The notes under the pieces are model-generated. The model saw only the letters and a list, made by a program, of their open reading frames with translations. It was not told where the DNA came from and did not search any database. The translations under genes were made by a program, and so were the position numbers. From an uncultured Clostridia bacterium (GTDB lineage Bacteria; Bacillota; Clostridia; TANB77; CAG-508), in contig CALXPS010000001.1 of assembly GCA_944390405.1 (NCBI GenBank), positions 18,300 to 82,299 of the forward strand: a DNA stretch of 64,000 nt, given 5' to 3'. Shown piece after piece: positions 17,722 to 30,971 of this stretch (positions are counted from its first letter, which is position 1; each line of letters begins with the position of its first letter).

Positions 17722-18741
17722 ATGTTAGATAAAAGACAAACACAGGTCTTACAAGCTATTATTGAAGAATATATCAACACGGCCGAACCAGTTAGCTCGG
17801 GAACAATTGTAGAAAATTATAATTTAGGATATAGTAGTGCTACAATAAGAAATGACATGGCAGAATTAGAAAAATTAGGATATCTGGAAAAACCTCATAC
17901 ATCATCTGGAAGAATTCCATCAGCAAAAGGCTATAGATTTTATGTAGATGAACTGCTAAATGATGAAAAAATAAGTTTAGAAGAAATACAATATATAAAA
18001 TCTAAATTAGAGGCAAAAGTAAATGAAATAGAAGATTTAACGAAAATAGCAACAGATACATTATCAGAAATTACACACTATACTACAGTAGCAATTGGAC
18101 CAGATGCAAGTAACAATATAATTTCAGATGTTAAATTTATTTCACTTGGAAATAGGATTTTAATGGCAGTAGTTCTTACAGAAAATGGAGCTATAAAAGA
18201 AACAATTATAAAATATGACGAAGATATATCAGATACTCAAATTGAAAGCCTAAACTTTTTATTTAGAAATAAATTAATAGGCAAACCATTAACTAAAATT
18301 GATAAGCCTATGGAAGAATATATCATATCTTCAATGGAAGACCAAGTTGATGTAATAAAACCAATTATTAACCAAATGAATAAATCCTTAGAACAATCAG
18401 AATATATTTATTTAGAAGGTGCCAATAATGTGTTTGATTTCCCAGAATTTAGAAAAATAGATACTGCACGAAACTTTTTAAGTATACTTGATACAAAAGA
18501 GCAAGTTATGGAGATTTTAAATTCAGGGATAGCAAAAGATATAAATATTTATATTGGTGAAGAAAATGAAAAAGAAGAACTGAAAGATTTAAGTATAGTA
18601 ACATTTAGACACAGTGTGGGGAATAGGGATTTTGGAACAATAGGAATTATAGGACCCAAAAGAATGGATTATTCAAAAGTAATTTCAGTAATGAAATATA
18701 TTAGTAAAAAACTTAATGAAAAATTTGAAGATGAAAGATAA
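17722..18741 (+). CDS. hrcA: Heat-inducible transcription repressor HrcA
   Basis: N-terminal winged helix QVLQAIIEEYINTAEPVSSGTI; followed by grpE-dnaK-dnaJ. Confidence 0.9.
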   Translation: MLDKRQTQVLQAIIEEYINTAEPVSSGTIVENYNLGYSSATIRNDMAELEKLGYLEKPHTSSGRIPSAKGYRFYVDELLNDEKISLEEIQYIKSKLEAKVNEIEDLTKIATDTLSEITHYTTVAIGPDASNNIISDVKFISLGNRILMAVVLTENGAIKETIIKYDEDISDTQIESLNFLFRNKLIGKPLTKIDKPMEEYIISSMEDQVDVIKPIINQMNKSLEQSEYIYLEGANNVFDFPEFRKIDTARNFLSILDTKEQVMEILNSGIAKDINIYIGEENEKEELKDLSIVTFRHSVGNRDFGTIGIIGPKRMDYSKVISVMKYISKKLNEKFEDER

Positions 18742-18765
18742 AAAATATGAGGGAGGAAAATTTAA

Positions 18766-19266
18766 ATGTCAGAAGAAAATTTAGAAAAAAAGCCAGATGA
18801 ACAAGCAGAAAATAAACAGGAAGAAAATGCTGAGCTTACAAAAACAGAGCAAGAGCTTGAAGAAACAGTAGATAGACTTAAAAGAGTAATGGCAGAGTTT
18901 GAAAACTATAAAAAAAGGAATACTAAAGAAAGAGAACAACTATATAATTCATTAGTAGCAGATATAGTGTCAAGCTTCTTACCAGTGTTAGACAACTTAG
19001 AAAAAGCAGCTAATACTAAAACAGAAGATGAAAATATGAAGCAAGGAATAGAATTAGTAGTTAAACAAATCCAAGACATATTTAAAAAATTTGGAGTTGA
19101 AACAATTGAAACAGTAGGAAAACCATTTGACCCAGAAATACATGAAGCAGTAAGCAGTGTGCAAGATGAAAATCTAGGCGAAAAAATAATAAAAGAAGAA
19201 TTTAGAAAAGGCTACAAAATAGGAATGAAAGTAATTAGACACGCAATGGTAATTGTAGCAAATTAA
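18766..19266 (+). CDS. grpE: Nucleotide exchange factor GrpE
   Basis: Operon position; GrpE C-terminal FDPEIHEAV and HAMV motifs. Confidence 0.85.
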   Translation: MSEENLEKKPDEQAENKQEENAELTKTEQELEETVDRLKRVMAEFENYKKRNTKEREQLYNSLVADIVSSFLPVLDNLEKAANTKTEDENMKQGIELVVKQIQDIFKKFGVETIETVGKPFDPEIHEAVSSVQDENLGEKIIKEEFRKGYKIGMKVIRHAMVIVAN

Positions 19267-19299
19267 TTAGTTATTAATTTTAAAAATATATAAATTTAA

Positions 19300-21165
<1,866 letters not shown>

Positions 21166-21317
21166 TACCAATAATTAACATCGTTCCAATACTTTAGAAA
21201 GCTACAAAGAGCCCCTTGAATAAGGGGGCTAATACGTAGCAAGATAAAAAATTGCAAATTATATGTGTATTAAACTTATAATATAGATATAATTTACAAA
21301 AAAGGAGAACGATTTTA

Positions 21318-22487
21318 ATGGCAAATAAAAGAGATTATTATGAAGTTTTAGGTGTAAGTAAAAACGTAACAGATGAAGAATTAAAAAAAGCATATAGAAG
21401 ATTAGCAAAAAAATATCATCCAGATGCTAATCCAGATAATAGAAAAGAGGCAGAGGAAAAATTTAAAGAAGTTTCTGAGGCATATGAAGTACTATCAGAC
21501 CCACAAAAAAGAAAAATGTATGACCAATTTGGACACGATGGACCACAAGGATTTGGCGGAGGTGCTGGAGGACCAGGTGGAGGATATTATTCATACACAA
21601 CTTCTGGATTTGATGGATTTGGAGACTTTGGAGATTTAGGCGATATATTCTCTAGCTTTTTTGGTGGAGGTGCTGGTTTTGGCTCAAGAGCAAGTAGTCG
21701 CCAGAAAGCATCAGGACCACGAAAAGGAAGAGACTTAAAATATAATTTAGATATAACATTTGAACAATCATATCTAGGAGTAAAAAAAGAAATAACTATA
21801 GTAAGAAATGAAGAATGCCCAACATGCCATGGAAGTAAAGCAAAACCAGGAACAAAAACAACAACTTGTCAAGCTTGTCATGGAACAGGAACAATTAAGC
21901 AAACTGTATCTACAATATTAGGACAAATGCAGACTACAAAGACTTGTCCAGAATGTAATGGTGAAGGAACAAAAATAGAAGAAAAATGTTCAGATTGTAA
22001 GGGGAAAGGAACTATACGTAAAAGCGTAAAAATTCAAGTCTCAGTGCCAGCAGGAATAGACCATGGTCAAACAATAGTATTAAAAGGCGAAGGCGAAAGT
22101 GGTATAAAAGGAGGACCAAGAGGAGACCTATATATAGTGGTATCAGTAAGGAATCATAGTTTATTTAAAAGACAAGGAAATAATATATTATGTGACATAC
22201 CAATAACATTTACACAAGCAACATTAGGTGCAAATTTAGAAATACCAATGGTAGATGGAAGTAAAGAAATATATAAAATCCCAGAAGGAACACAGGTAGG
22301 AGCAAGATTTGTAATAAGAGGAAAAGGATTTAAATCAGTGAATAGTAATTACCAAGGTGACTACATTTTTACTGTAAATGTACAAATACCAAAGAAACTA
22401 ACATCTGAACAAAGAGAACTACTAACAAAACTTGCAAAAACAATGAATGAACAACCACCAGTGAAAAAAAGAGGAATATTTGGATAA
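21318..22487 (+). CDS. dnaJ: Chaperone DnaJ
   Basis: J domain with HPD (KKYHPDAN), G/F-rich linker, four CxxCxGxG zinc-finger repeats. Confidence 0.95.
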   Translation: MANKRDYYEVLGVSKNVTDEELKKAYRRLAKKYHPDANPDNRKEAEEKFKEVSEAYEVLSDPQKRKMYDQFGHDGPQGFGGGAGGPGGGYYSYTTSGFDGFGDFGDLGDIFSSFFGGGAGFGSRASSRQKASGPRKGRDLKYNLDITFEQSYLGVKKEITIVRNEECPTCHGSKAKPGTKTTTCQACHGTGTIKQTVSTILGQMQTTKTCPECNGEGTKIEEKCSDCKGKGTIRKSVKIQVSVPAGIDHGQTIVLKGEGESGIKGGPRGDLYIVVSVRNHSLFKRQGNNILCDIPITFTQATLGANLEIPMVDGSKEIYKIPEGTQVGARFVIRGKGFKSVNSNYQGDYIFTVNVQIPKKLTSEQRELLTKLAKTMNEQPPVKKRGIFG

Positions 22488-22494
22488 AACAAAG

Positions 22495-22530
22495 AAAAAG
22501 AGCAAAAAAATAAGTTTTTTGCTCTTTTTT
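22495..22530 (+). terminator. Rho-independent terminator after dnaJ
   Basis: AAAAGAGCAAAAAA-TAAG-TTTTTTGCTCTTTTTT. Confidence 0.8.
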
Positions 22531-22591
22531 AGCTTCACAAAAATTGAAAAATATGTTACAATATCAATAGCAATATTTATGGAGGTATAAT

Positions 22592-24634
22592 ATGGAAAAA
22601 AATGAAACAAGCATGAAAAAAACTGCATTAGTATGGGATAATTATATTAATTATTTAATTGAAGCAATAGATGAAAGTAACTTTATGAAACGTTCAGAAA
22701 TAAAACCAATGGCAACACCAAAAGATGATTTAGAATCACATTTGACATCAAGGTCAACACATCAAAGAAATGCAGCCAATATTGCCAGAAGAATTGCAAG
22801 GGGATTAGGACTAAATGAAGAATATGTTTATGCTGGTATGCTTATGCATGATGCAGGTCATCCATTCAGTGCACATGAAGGAGAAGAAATGCTTACTAAC
22901 ATAGGGGAAATATACAATGTGCAATATTTCCATCATAATGCAAAAGGTGTTGAAGTTATAGAAAGAGAAAATCTTTGTGAGAGAGCAATTTCTAAAATAC
23001 CAAATATAAAAGATCAGCCAGAATTAAGCCAAATTTTAAGAGATGAATTCCCATATTTTTTAGATATTGTAGTTTCTCATGATGGAGAAGCAAGTGCAAA
23101 AGATATGCAGAAAAAAGAAACACAGTATCCAGACATAAAGACTGCTGTAAGAACTAAAGTACTTAATTCAGCAGCAAAAAACAATTATAAATGTATAGCC
23201 CAAACACCAGAAGGAAAAATTGCAAAATTCGCAGATGTTATTGCATATTTAGCTACAGATATTAGAGATGGATTTAGATTAGGAATATATAAAGATTTTC
23301 CTGAAAGTTCTTTAAAATTATTTGGAGAAATACTTGCACCAGATTTTGTTGGAACAGATGAAGAAAAAGTTAGAATTGCAAGAACAATTATTGACCAAAT
23401 AAAAGAAGAAAAATTAAGGGATTTAGTTCAAGATGCTAGAGAACCAGAAAACAGAGAAGCAATTAGAATAGCTAATGAAATAACATCAGAAATAACAGGA
23501 AAAGAAATAAATTTTGAAGTAGATACTGAAGGTACTAATGCAATAATAAGAAGACATTTAGCAGGATATAGAAAAAGTAAAGAAAAAGAAGGAATGACAG
23601 ATGAAGAAAAAGGATTTTTAGATTCAGACATACAAAAAATTAAAGAATTTGTTGGAAAAAAATTAAGAGTACGTTCAACAGTAGTTGCAGAAGTAACTAG
23701 CAGAATGCAAGAGTTTTTTATAAATGACTTATTAAAAAATTCAAGAACAACAGGAACTTTGCAATTTTCACCACTTGGAAATAGATTATTCTTTCAAGCA
23801 AAAGCTATTAACTATGATACATATGTACCAAAAGTAAAATGGGAATATCAAAAAAAAGCACAACCAAGAGCAGCATATGGATTAGTTGACCTTTGTGCAC
23901 GAAGTTTAATAAAATCTGGTGTAATTGCAAATAAGTTTTATGATAGATCAATAAGAAAATATATAACAGATGATGAAGCATTAAAATGTTTTAAAGCACC
24001 ATATAGAAACCCACAAGAATATGAAGAATATAAAAGGAAACAAGAAATTAGAGATATTAAAACTTCTACAAAACGTTATACAAGTGCATCTAAAAGAAGT
24101 AAAGTAAAAGCACAAAAAGAATTGTTCTCAAATGTTTATGAGTATGCACAAAATGAAGGAGAATTATTTGCTATAAAATATATGAATACATTTTTTGCAA
24201 TAGAAACGCAAATAAGAAATAAAGTAGATAAAGCATTAGATGCAAAATACCAAACAGATACAACCACTGTACCAATAACTGCAGAACAATTTTTTAGAAA
24301 TAAAATAGATTTTGATATAGAACAGATTAGAGCAAATATTCAAGGCACATATGGAACCATTGCTATATCACCAGAACAAAAAGAACTAGTTATAAAACAA
24401 TTATTAGAAAAAGAAAGACAAAAAATGGAAGAAAAAATGGCAGTACAATTATCAATAGATTATTTGGCTGGAATGACTGATAGAGGATTTAATGAATTAG
24501 CTATACAAACAGGGTATATGACAAAAGAAGATTTACAAACAGAAAGAGTAGACGGAAATACTGCATTACAACAAAATAAAAAAGTTGAAGAACTATCAAG
24601 AGCTATGAAAGAATCAATAGAAGAAGGTAGATAA
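22592..24634 (+). CDS. HD-domain phosphohydrolase, dGTPase-like, with long C-terminal extension
   Basis: HD motif LMHDAGHPFSAHEGE plus conserved His earlier (STHQRN). Confidence 0.7.
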   Translation: MEKNETSMKKTALVWDNYINYLIEAIDESNFMKRSEIKPMATPKDDLESHLTSRSTHQRNAANIARRIARGLGLNEEYVYAGMLMHDAGHPFSAHEGEEMLTNIGEIYNVQYFHHNAKGVEVIERENLCERAISKIPNIKDQPELSQILRDEFPYFLDIVVSHDGEASAKDMQKKETQYPDIKTAVRTKVLNSAAKNNYKCIAQTPEGKIAKFADVIAYLATDIRDGFRLGIYKDFPESSLKLFGEILAPDFVGTDEEKVRIARTIIDQIKEEKLRDLVQDAREPENREAIRIANEITSEITGKEINFEVDTEGTNAIIRRHLAGYRKSKEKEGMTDEEKGFLDSDIQKIKEFVGKKLRVRSTVVAEVTSRMQEFFINDLLKNSRTTGTLQFSPLGNRLFFQAKAINYDTYVPKVKWEYQKKAQPRAAYGLVDLCARSLIKSGVIANKFYDRSIRKYITDDEALKCFKAPYRNPQEYEEYKRKQEIRDIKTSTKRYTSASKRSKVKAQKELFSNVYEYAQNEGELFAIKYMNTFFAIETQIRNKVDKALDAKYQTDTTTVPITAEQFFRNKIDFDIEQIRANIQGTYGTIAISPEQKELVIKQLLEKERQKMEEKMAVQLSIDYLAGMTDRGFNELAIQTGYMTKEDLQTERVDGNTALQQNKKVEELSRAMKESIEEGR

Positions 24635-24667
24635 TATATAGAAATTTAGAGCAATGGTGGGGGAATA

Positions 24668-25408
24668 ATGCCAAAGTTTTTTATAACTAATAATCAAATA
24701 GAAAAAGATAAAATATATTTAACTGATGCTGATGTAAACCATATTGCAAATGTTTTAAGAAAACAAGTCGGAGACGAAATAAACATTTGCAATATGGAAA
24801 CATCTGATAATTTTTTGTGCAAAATAGAAGAAATTAATAAAGAAAATATTAAATGTAAAATTATAAAAACAGTAGAACCTGAAGCAGAATCAAATATAAA
24901 TATTACTATATTTCAGGGGATCCCAAAAGCTGAAAAAATGGAATTAATTATACAAAAATGTACAGAATTAGGGGTAAAACACTTTGTGCCAGTACAGATG
25001 GAAAGGTGTGTTGTAAAACTAGATAGCAAAACAGAAAAAAAGAAAATAGAAAGATGGCAAAAAATTGCAGAAACAGCCGCAAAACAAAGTGGAAGAGATA
25101 TAATACCTACTATAGAATATTCAATAAATTTAGCAAAACTATGTAATTTAATTCAAAAATATGATATAGTATTATTGGCATATGAAAATGAAAAAGAAAA
25201 TAAATTAAAAAATGAATTAAAAAAACTTAAAAATAATAGAAAGTTAAACATAGGAATAATAATTGGACCAGAAGGTGGATTAGAGAAGCAAGAAGTAGAA
25301 AAATTAAGATTAATAGGAGCTAAAACAATAACTTTAGGAAAAAGAATTCTAAGAACAGAAACAGTAGGAATATCTATAACAAGTATTATTATGTATGAAT
25401 TAGAATAG
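24668..25408 (+). CDS. rsmE: 16S rRNA (uracil1498-N3)-methyltransferase RsmE
   Basis: RsmE family length and C-terminal SPOUT motifs GPEGG...TLGKRILRTET; conserved position after dnaJ. Confidence 0.8.
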   Translation: MPKFFITNNQIEKDKIYLTDADVNHIANVLRKQVGDEINICNMETSDNFLCKIEEINKENIKCKIIKTVEPEAESNINITIFQGIPKAEKMELIIQKCTELGVKHFVPVQMERCVVKLDSKTEKKKIERWQKIAETAAKQSGRDIIPTIEYSINLAKLCNLIQKYDIVLLAYENEKENKLKNELKKLKNNRKLNIGIIIGPEGGLEKQEVEKLRLIGAKTITLGKRILRTETVGISITSIIMYELE

Positions 25409-25429
25409 TTAAAACATAAGAGAAGGAGA

Positions 25430-26149
25430 ATGAAAAATTTGAATAAAAATATTATGAAAAATATAGAAAAAATACAAGAGAAGAGAAAACTATCAGTAGA
25501 TACTAAAAAAAAGATAAGGGATAGAGCAATATCGAATTGGGCAATTTGTATATCAGCAATTATTTTAATTTTAGCTTTTACAGTAACAGCAAACCTTATT
25601 ACAAAACAAATAGCAATTTTAATTTACAATATCTGTGCAATGGGAATTCTTGTTTTCTCATTAATAGTTTTAGAAATTGCATATAAAAAAGATAGTGGAA
25701 AATGGGCAATATGCGGAATAGAAATATTAATACTCTCAGTATTTGCATTATTTTCACCATATATTTTTTATAGAACTAATAAATTGATTGTTTATATATT
25801 TATAACAATTGTAACTATTTATTATATTGCTAAAATAATAAAAATATATTTTTCTGAAAAGAAAAAATATTTAACCGAAATTAGTGATATAACAAATATA
25901 GTAAAAAAAGAAAGTCAAGATGAAATTGCAAAAAGAGAACAAGAAAAATTATTAAAAAAAATGGAGAAAAAAACAAAAAAGGGTACATCATCAACAGAAA
26001 AAGGTACTGCAAAGGAGAAACAAAAAAACACAGCAAAATCTACATCAAAGACTACAACCAAAAAAACAGCAAAACCTAAAACGAAAACACAAACAAAATC
26101 TAAAACAACTAAAAAAACAACAAAAACTACAAATAAGGAGAATAAATAA
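25430..26149 (+). CDS. Membrane protein with Lys/Thr-rich low-complexity C-terminal tail
   Basis: Four hydrophobic segments; tail TSKTTTKKTAKPKTKTQTKSKTTKKTTKTT. Confidence 0.5.
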   Translation: MKNLNKNIMKNIEKIQEKRKLSVDTKKKIRDRAISNWAICISAIILILAFTVTANLITKQIAILIYNICAMGILVFSLIVLEIAYKKDSGKWAICGIEILILSVFALFSPYIFYRTNKLIVYIFITIVTIYYIAKIIKIYFSEKKKYLTEISDITNIVKKESQDEIAKREQEKLLKKMEKKTKKGTSSTEKGTAKEKQKNTAKSTSKTTTKKTAKPKTKTQTKSKTTKKTTKTTNKENK

Positions 26150-27027
26150 TGTTAAAAAGTATGACAGGATATGGAAGAGCAAAATATGAAATCGATTCCA
26201 GAGAATATATAGTAGAAATAAAATCTGTAAATAATAGATATAGTGATATATCTGTTAAAATGCCTAGAAACATAAGCTTTCTAGAAGAAAATATAAAAAA
26301 ACTTATTGCTAATGCTATAACAAGAGGAAAAGTAGAAGTTTTTGTAACATTTAATAATAATAGTAATAAATGCAGAAGTATAGAAATAAATAAAGAATTA
26401 GCTAAAAAATATATAGAAGAAATGAAAAGCTTAGCAGAAGAAACGAAAATAAATGCAAATATAGAAGTAATAGATGTAATGAAAATGCCAGATGTATTAA
26501 ATATCACATTAGATAAAGAAGATGAAACTATAATAACACAAGAACTAACAAAATGTGCTAAAGAAGCTATAGATAGCTTTATAAAGATGAGAGAAATAGA
26601 AGGAGAAAAAATAAAAGAGGACTTGATACAAAGAATTAATTCAATTTCAGAAAAAGTTGAAAAAATAAATTTAATTTCTACTGGACTAGTTAATGAATAT
26701 ATAGTAAAATTAAAAAGAAGGGTAAATGAATTGTTGCAACCTAATATGGTAGATGAAGCAAGAATAGCGCAGGAAATAGTTATATATTCAGATAAAAGTT
26801 CTATTGAAGAAGAAATAACAAGAATGAAAAGCCACATTTCACAATTTTTAACTTTGCTAGACAAAAATAATAGTAATGGTAAGAAAATAGATTTCCTAAT
26901 TCAAGAAATGAATAGAGAAACAAATACAATAGGTTCAAAAGCAAATTGTTTAGATATAACAAAATATGTGGTAGAAGTAAAATCTGAATTAGAAAACATA
27001 CGTGAACAAATACAAAATATTGAATAA
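26149..27027 (+). CDS. yicC: YicC/YloC family stress-induced protein
   Basis: MLKSMTGYGRA N-terminus typical of the YicC family; conserved neighbourhood with remA/gmk/rpoZ. Confidence 0.8.
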   Translation: MLKSMTGYGRAKYEIDSREYIVEIKSVNNRYSDISVKMPRNISFLEENIKKLIANAITRGKVEVFVTFNNNSNKCRSIEINKELAKKYIEEMKSLAEETKINANIEVIDVMKMPDVLNITLDKEDETIITQELTKCAKEAIDSFIKMREIEGEKIKEDLIQRINSISEKVEKINLISTGLVNEYIVKLKRRVNELLQPNMVDEARIAQEIVIYSDKSSIEEEITRMKSHISQFLTLLDKNNSNGKKIDFLIQEMNRETNTIGSKANCLDITKYVVEVKSELENIREQIQNIE

Positions 27028-27045
27028 TAAAAGGAGGAATAATAT

Positions 27046-27309
27046 ATGCAACTAGTTAATATTGGTTTTGGTAATGTTGTTTCAGCAAATAGAATAATTT
27101 CAATAGTAAGTCCAGAAGCAGCACCAATAAAAAGAATTGTTCAAGAATCAAAAGATGCAAAAACAGCAATAGATGCAACTTGCGGAAGAAGAACAAGGGC
27201 AGTTTTGATAATGGATTCAGGGCATGTAATCTTATCAGCAGTACAACCAGAAACTATTGCAGCAAGATTAGATAAAGATATAGCTAAAGAGGAAAATTTG
27301 GAAGAGTAA
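27046..27309 (+). CDS. remA: RemA/YlzA (DUF370) regulatory protein
   Basis: [21 protein letters not shown]... matches the DUF370 family core. Confidence 0.8.
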   Translation: MQLVNIGFGNVVSANRIISIVSPEAAPIKRIVQESKDAKTAIDATCGRRTRAVLIMDSGHVILSAVQPETIAARLDKDIAKEENLEE

Positions 27310-27332
27310 TATTAATTAATTTTAGAAAGGAA

Positions 27333-27530
27333 ATGATAAAAATGATTATTAAACCAACAGTAACAGACTTATTAAAAGTAGTTGATAACAGATTTGAACT
27401 AGTAATATTAGTAGCTAAAAGAGCAAGACAAATATCAGCAGGTCAAACACCATTAACCAAAGTAAAAGAAAGGTCAGCGGTTACACTTGCAGCAAATGAA
27501 ATTGCTGAAGGCAAGGTGAAAGAATGTTAG
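27333..27530 (+). CDS. rpoZ: DNA-directed RNA polymerase subunit omega
   Basis: VDNRFELVILVAKRARQI omega signature. Confidence 0.8.
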   Translation: MIKMIIKPTVTDLLKVVDNRFELVILVAKRARQISAGQTPLTKVKERSAVTLAANEIAEGKVKEC

Positions 27531-28096
27531 TACTATTATCAGGTGTATCTGGAGCAGGAAAAGATACAATAAAAAAAGAATTAATTAAAAGAATGGATAA
27601 TGTTACATCAATGCCTTCATATACAGATAGACAACCCAGAGAAGGTGAAGTAGATGGACAAATATATAACTTTATAACTACAGAAGAATTTGAAAATAAA
27701 ATAAAAGAAAATGAATTTTATGAATATTCAGTACACCATGAGCACTATTATGGAACATCTAAGAAAATCTTAGATGAAAGTATAAATTCAGGAAAGATAA
27801 TAGTAAAAGATATAGAAGTTAATGGAACTGAAAACCTATTAAAATTGTTAAAAAACGATATAGACATAGTCACAATATTCCTAAGAGTTCCAAAAGAAGA
27901 AGTAAGAAAAAGATTAGAACATAGAGTGGAAAAAGCAAGTATAAAAGAAATAGAATTAAGAATGAATAGATTTGATTATGAAGAATCAAAAATAGGAATT
28001 TATGATTATGTAATAAAAAATGATGACCTAGAAAAAACAGTTCAAATAATAATGACGATTATACAAAATGAATACAAATTAAGAAAACATAGTTAG
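27524..28096 (+). CDS. gmk: Guanylate kinase-family protein (divergent Gmk)
   Basis: P-loop SGVSGAGKDT; guanylate-kinase-like SYTDRQPREGEVDGQIY and YGTSKK. Confidence 0.6.
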   Translation: MLVLLSGVSGAGKDTIKKELIKRMDNVTSMPSYTDRQPREGEVDGQIYNFITTEEFENKIKENEFYEYSVHHEHYYGTSKKILDESINSGKIIVKDIEVNGTENLLKLLKNDIDIVTIFLRVPKEEVRKRLEHRVEKASIKEIELRMNRFDYEESKIGIYDYVIKNDDLEKTVQIIMTIIQNEYKLRKHS

Positions 28097-28116
28097 AGGA
28101 AAGGAAGTGTATACAA

Positions 28117-28224
28117 ATGAATAAGAAAAATAAATTAATAGTTAGAATATTTGCTGGAATATTGGCATTACTAATGGTTTTAGGTGTAGCAGCATCACTA
28201 TTATATATGATATTTGTAAATTAA
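28117..28224 (+). CDS. Small hydrophobic peptide (35 aa, single TM), below the 60-aa ORF-track cut-off
   Basis: RBS GAGGAAAGGAAG; ORF MNKKNKLIVRIFAGILALLMVLGVAASLLYMIFVN. Confidence 0.3.
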   Translation: MNKKNKLIVRIFAGILALLMVLGVAASLLYMIFVN

Positions 28225-28239
28225 GAGGAGGCTTTTTGA

Positions 28240-29118
28240 ATGTTAAAAGGTTTAGAAATGCTATCTATAAAAGAAGGAGATATAACTAATTATATAAATA
28301 CGCTATTTAATAGCCCATATGACCTAGTAATGTTTATAATAGATATAACTCTTGTTATACTATTAGCAGTTAAGTTTTTACAATTTGTAAAAGGAACTAG
28401 AGCTTTGCAATTATTAAAAGGAATATTGTTTTTAATAATTGCAACAATGTTAACTTCGCTACTAGATCTAAAAATACTTAACTTTATACTAACATCATTT
28501 ATGACATATGGAGTAATATTGTTAATTGTAATGTTCCAACCAGAACTTAGAAGGGCTTTAGAACAATTAGGCTCTAACAAAATAAATAGATTTTTTGGAA
28601 TAGAACAGGATATTGCTGCAAAGGCAAAGGAAAATATATATAAAATAGCCATAGCAGCAGTAGAATTATCAAAAACAAAAACAGGAGCATTAATTGTTTT
28701 AGAAAGAGATATAAAACTAAAAGACATAATCGATACAGGAGTTTTAATTGGAGCAGAAATATCCCCACAATTATTAGTAAATATATTCCAACCTAATACA
28801 CCATTACATGATGGTGCAGTTGTAATAAGCGAAAGTAAAATAATGGCAGCAGCATGTATGTTACCATTAGCAAATGATAAAAACATATCAAAAAGCTTAG
28901 GAACAAGACATAGATCAGCATTAGGAATTTCAAAGGAATCAGACAGTATAGTAGTTGTTGTATCTGAAGAAACAGGTAAAATATCAGTTGCTAAAAACGG
29001 TACATTAATAGCAGATGTAAAAGAAGAAGCATTGAAACAAATTTTAATAAAAAATTTAGTACCTAAAGTAGAGGAAAAGAAAAAATGGGGCAAAAAGAAG
29101 AAAGAAAAAGAAATATAA
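28240..29118 (+). CDS. cdaA: Diadenylate cyclase CdaA (c-di-AMP synthase)
   Basis: Three N-terminal TM helices; DAC-domain motifs LHDGAVVI and GTRHRSALGIS. Confidence 0.8.
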   Translation: MLKGLEMLSIKEGDITNYINTLFNSPYDLVMFIIDITLVILLAVKFLQFVKGTRALQLLKGILFLIIATMLTSLLDLKILNFILTSFMTYGVILLIVMFQPELRRALEQLGSNKINRFFGIEQDIAAKAKENIYKIAIAAVELSKTKTGALIVLERDIKLKDIIDTGVLIGAEISPQLLVNIFQPNTPLHDGAVVISESKIMAAACMLPLANDKNISKSLGTRHRSALGISKESDSIVVVVSEETGKISVAKNGTLIADVKEEALKQILIKNLVPKVEEKKKWGKKKKEKEI

Positions 29119-29840
29119 AATTAACAATTGAATATGATGGTAAAAAATTTGGTGGATGGCAAAAGCAACCCACCAAATTGAATATACAAGGAGAAATAGA
29201 ACAAGCAATAAAAGCAATAACAGGTGAAGATATAGAACTAAACGCATCAGGCAGAACTGATAGCGGAGTTCACAGCTTGGGACAAGTGGCAAATTTTAAA
29301 ACAAATAGTAATATAGAGATAGAAAAATTCGCAATAGCAATAAACTCAAAACTGAAAAAAAGTATTGTAATAAAAAAGGCAGAAGAAGTAGGTAAGGATT
29401 TCCATGCAAGGTATAATTGTAAAGGAAAAAAATATAGATATATTATAAACAATTCATACCAGGGAACAGCTATATATCGTGACTTGGAATGTCATATCCC
29501 GCAAAAACTAGATGTACAAAAAATGAAAGAAGCAATAAAACATTTTGAAGGTGAGCATGATTTTAAAGCATTTAGAGCAAGTGGAACAAGTAGTAAAAAT
29601 TCAGTAAGAAACATATATAAAACAGAAATAAAACAAGAGGGAGAAAGAATAATAATAGAGCTAACAGGAAATGGATTTATGTATAACATGGTAAGAATAA
29701 TTGCAGGAACTATAGTAGATGTAGGAATGGGAAAAATCAAACCAGGAGATATACCAGAAATATTAAAATCGAAAGACAGAAATAAAGCTGGAAAAACATT
29801 ACCACCACATGGACTATATCTTGTAGAAGTATATTACTAA
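29085..29840 (+). CDS. truA: tRNA pseudouridine(38-40) synthase TruA
   Basis: Catalytic motif RTDSGVHSLGQV. Confidence 0.85.
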   Translation: MGQKEERKRNIKLTIEYDGKKFGGWQKQPTKLNIQGEIEQAIKAITGEDIELNASGRTDSGVHSLGQVANFKTNSNIEIEKFAIAINSKLKKSIVIKKAEEVGKDFHARYNCKGKKYRYIINNSYQGTAIYRDLECHIPQKLDVQKMKEAIKHFEGEHDFKAFRASGTSSKNSVRNIYKTEIKQEGERIIIELTGNGFMYNMVRIIAGTIVDVGMGKIKPGDIPEILKSKDRNKAGKTLPPHGLYLVEVYY

Positions 29841-29855
29841 AAAGGATGATAATGT

Positions 29856-30971
29856 ATGAAAGTATTAGTTTTATCTTGTGGAACTGGCGGAGGACATAAT
29901 TCAGCTGCGAGAGCAATAGTAGAAGAATTAAAAGAAAGAAATATAGAAGCAGATTTTAAAGAATTTTTAGAAATTGTAAATAAAAAAGTTAGTAAAGTTG
30001 TTAATAACCTATATATAAAAAGTACATCAGGAAAAGGTACTATATTTAAAAAAGTATATAGACTAGGAGAATTGTATGATAGGACTCACTTTAAATCTCC
30101 AGTCTATAAGTTTAATAGTTTAGCTAAACAAAGGTTATATAAATTTATAAAAAAACATAATTATGATTATGTAGCAACAACTCATCTTTTTGCTGCTGAA
30201 GCATTAACAGCCATAAAAAAAGAACATGATGATATACATTTTATAGAAATATGTACGGATTATGTTTGTATTCCTTTTTGGAAAGAAACTAATCCAGATT
30301 ATATAATCATACCAAATAAAGATTTATCAATACAATTTGAAAAAAAAGGATTTGATAGAACAAAGATTAAACCTATAGGCATTCCAGTTTCAAAAGAATT
30401 TTCTATAGAGATAAAAAAAGAGAATTGTTACAAAGAATTAGGATTAGATGAAAATAAAGAATATGCATTAATAATGACAGGAAGTATGGGATTTGGGAAT
30501 ATATTGGAAATAGTAGATTCAGTGTGCAAATATACTGACCAAACAAATATAGTAATTTGTGGTAATAATAAAAAATTACAAAAAGCATTAAAAGAAAAAT
30601 ATACGTTAGATAAAGTAATACCAGTAGGATTCACAAACCAAATAAGTAAATATATGAAAATAAGTGAATTAATTCTAACAAAACCAGGAGGACTTACAAC
30701 AACAGAAGCAGGCACTATAAATATCCCTATAATTCATACTTTCCCAATTCCAGGATGTGAAAACTATAATGCTAGTTTTTTTGAAGAAAGAGGTATGTCA
30801 AAAAACTGCACTACAATTGACGAAATATGTAAAGAAACAAAAAAATTAATTAATAATATGGACATAAGAAATGAGATGATAGAAAATCAAAAGAAATACA
30901 TAGATAAACAAGCATGTTCAAAGATATGCGATTTAATAATAGAAGAAACTAAAAGGACAAGAGCTGTATAA
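29856..30971 (+). CDS. MGDG-synthase-like glycosyltransferase (GT28, UgtP/YpfP-like diglucosyl-diacylglycerol synthase)
   Basis: N-terminal LSCGTGGGHNSAARAI typical of the MGDG synthase family. Confidence 0.65.
   Translation: MKVLVLSCGTGGGHNSAARAIVEELKERNIEADFKEFLEIVNKKVSKVVNNLYIKSTSGKGTIFKKVYRLGELYDRTHFKSPVYKFNSLAKQRLYKFIKKHNYDYVATTHLFAAEALTAIKKEHDDIHFIEICTDYVCIPFWKETNPDYIIIPNKDLSIQFEKKGFDRTKIKPIGIPVSKEFSIEIKKENCYKELGLDENKEYALIMTGSMGFGNILEIVDSVCKYTDQTNIVICGNNKKLQKALKEKYTLDKVIPVGFTNQISKYMKISELILTKPGGLTTTEAGTINIPIIHTFPIPGCENYNASFFEERGMSKNCTTIDEICKETKKLINNMDIRNEMIENQKKYIDKQACSKICDLIIEETKRTRAV

Noticed and set aside
21166-21317. Terminator between dnaK and dnaJ (GAGCCCCTT-GAAT-AAGGGGGCT)
   Set aside because: The stem is good but no U-run follows. 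It is possibly a processing or attenuation hairpin, not called as a terminator.
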